Assembly (NCBI RefSeq): GCF_001194135.2
Contig: NC_069002.1
Coordinates: 17,009,423-17,073,422, forward strand
Source of the DNA: Octopus bimaculoides
Lineage: Eukaryota
Length of the DNA: 64,000 nt
Direction: 5' to 3'
This document shows positions 62,832 through 64,000 of the stretch, one piece after another. The notes below the pieces were generated by a model, which saw only the letters and a program-made list of their open reading frames with translations, searched no databases and was not told where the DNA came from. Position 1 is the first letter of the stretch. Each line of letters starts with the position of its first letter. A program made the position numbers and the translations under genes.

Positions 62832-63712
62832 AATATATAAACCTAATGTTGAAAAACAGAGAGAACAACATCCTGAAAGTTGGCAGTGCATTCCTCAAGT
62901 ACTGTCATACTGACAACTTCCTATAAAACTCAAAAATAGTTTGACTAACATAACTCAAAGAAAACCTGCCTCATCACATTATCATGCTAGATGCCTTTTT
63001 CAGTAGCTTCTATATTAGATGTCTGATACAAACTGAAGCTGATGTAAAAGGGTATAATGAATGACCATGGGACTGCATCTAGAAATCTACCCTCTGGGGC
63101 AGAAGTTCAGGCTAGGTTGTTTATGGAAGACCAGCAGTCACCCATTCATACTAGCCTCCTCTCTCCATGCCACCAATGTTGTCCAAGGGAAATGCAAAAG
63201 TTGATACAGCTTGGCACTAGTGATGTTGTAACTCATTTCTACAGCTGAGTGAATTGGAACAATGTGAAGTAAAGAATCTTGCTCAAGAACATAACACACA
63301 GCCCAGTCTGGGAATTGAACTCACTACCTCATGATTGTGAGCTTGATGCTCAAATCACTGAGTCATGTGCCTTCACTGATGTACACGCAATATAAAACAA
63401 TTTACTTTGAGAGATCTTTTCTTTTATTTGTTCTGAGTTGTTTCTTTTTTTAACAATACTTTTTATAGTTTTCATAACCATTCATCATCATCATAATCAT
63501 CATTGTTTAACGTCCGCTTTCCATGCTAGCATGGGTTGGACGATTTGACTGAGGACTGGTGCAACCGGATGGCTACACCAGGCTCCAATCTGATTTGGCA
63601 GAGTTTCTACAGCTGGATGCCCTTCCTAACGCCAACCACTCAGAGAGTGTAGTGGGTGCTTTTACATGTCACCCGCACGAAGGCCAGTCAGGCGGAACTG
63701 GCAACGAGTATA

Positions 63713-63985
63713 TTAATATCATTAAAATATGTTCATATCTTTTAGTGTGTTTTTGTTTTAAATTTAAATACAAAGAGTGTAATTGTTTTTGTTTCATATC
63801 TGAATTGGATACAAATTCTACAAACAAGTGAGAAACAATCTCAGGCAGTTTTTATCAATACACTTTTAATATCATTAAAATATGTTCATATCTTTTAATA
63901 CATTTTTTATTTAAATTTAAATATAAGAGTTTTTGTTTTATATTTGAATTGGATAACAATTCTTCAAACAAGTGAGAAACAATCT
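63713..63985. repeat. Diverged tandem duplication, period about 153 bp
   Basis: ttaatatcattaaaatatgttcatatctttta...caaacaagtgagaaacaatct occurs twice. Confidence 0.85.
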
Positions 63986-64000
63986 TAAGCTTATCAATAT

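Overview
Eukaryotic, repeat-dense, gap-rich genomic scaffold. It is probably from an octopus or other coleoid cephalopod; this is inferred from my recollection of the repeat families, not from a search. One host gene is supported: a minus-strand TAF1B/Rrn7 homologue (RNA polymerase I SL1 subunit). I assembled it by hand from 12 GT-AG coding exons between 57623 and 32038, phase-consistent throughout, about 620 codons, with the start-codon exon not found. The rest is microsatellites, N-gaps, several tRNA-derived SINE families and decayed transposons: RTE, L1/Tx1, CR1/L2 and R4/Dong-type LINEs, Penelope-like elements (PLEs), solo LTRs, mariner, hAT and piggyBac/MITEs. The most unusual signal is a cluster of minimal type I hammerhead ribozyme motifs (10.6, 15.7, 17.1 and 23.1 kb) whose helix III is a short palindrome, with three different palindromes among them. 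One sits in the 3' tail of a tRNA-headed short element that shares about 115 bp with the 3' end of an adjacent GIY-YIG PLE, suggesting a hammerhead-bearing, PLE-partnered SINE. All long ORFs in the supplied track that contain X or dipeptide runs are gap or microsatellite artefacts. Mobile-element boundaries are approximate unless TSDs are cited.
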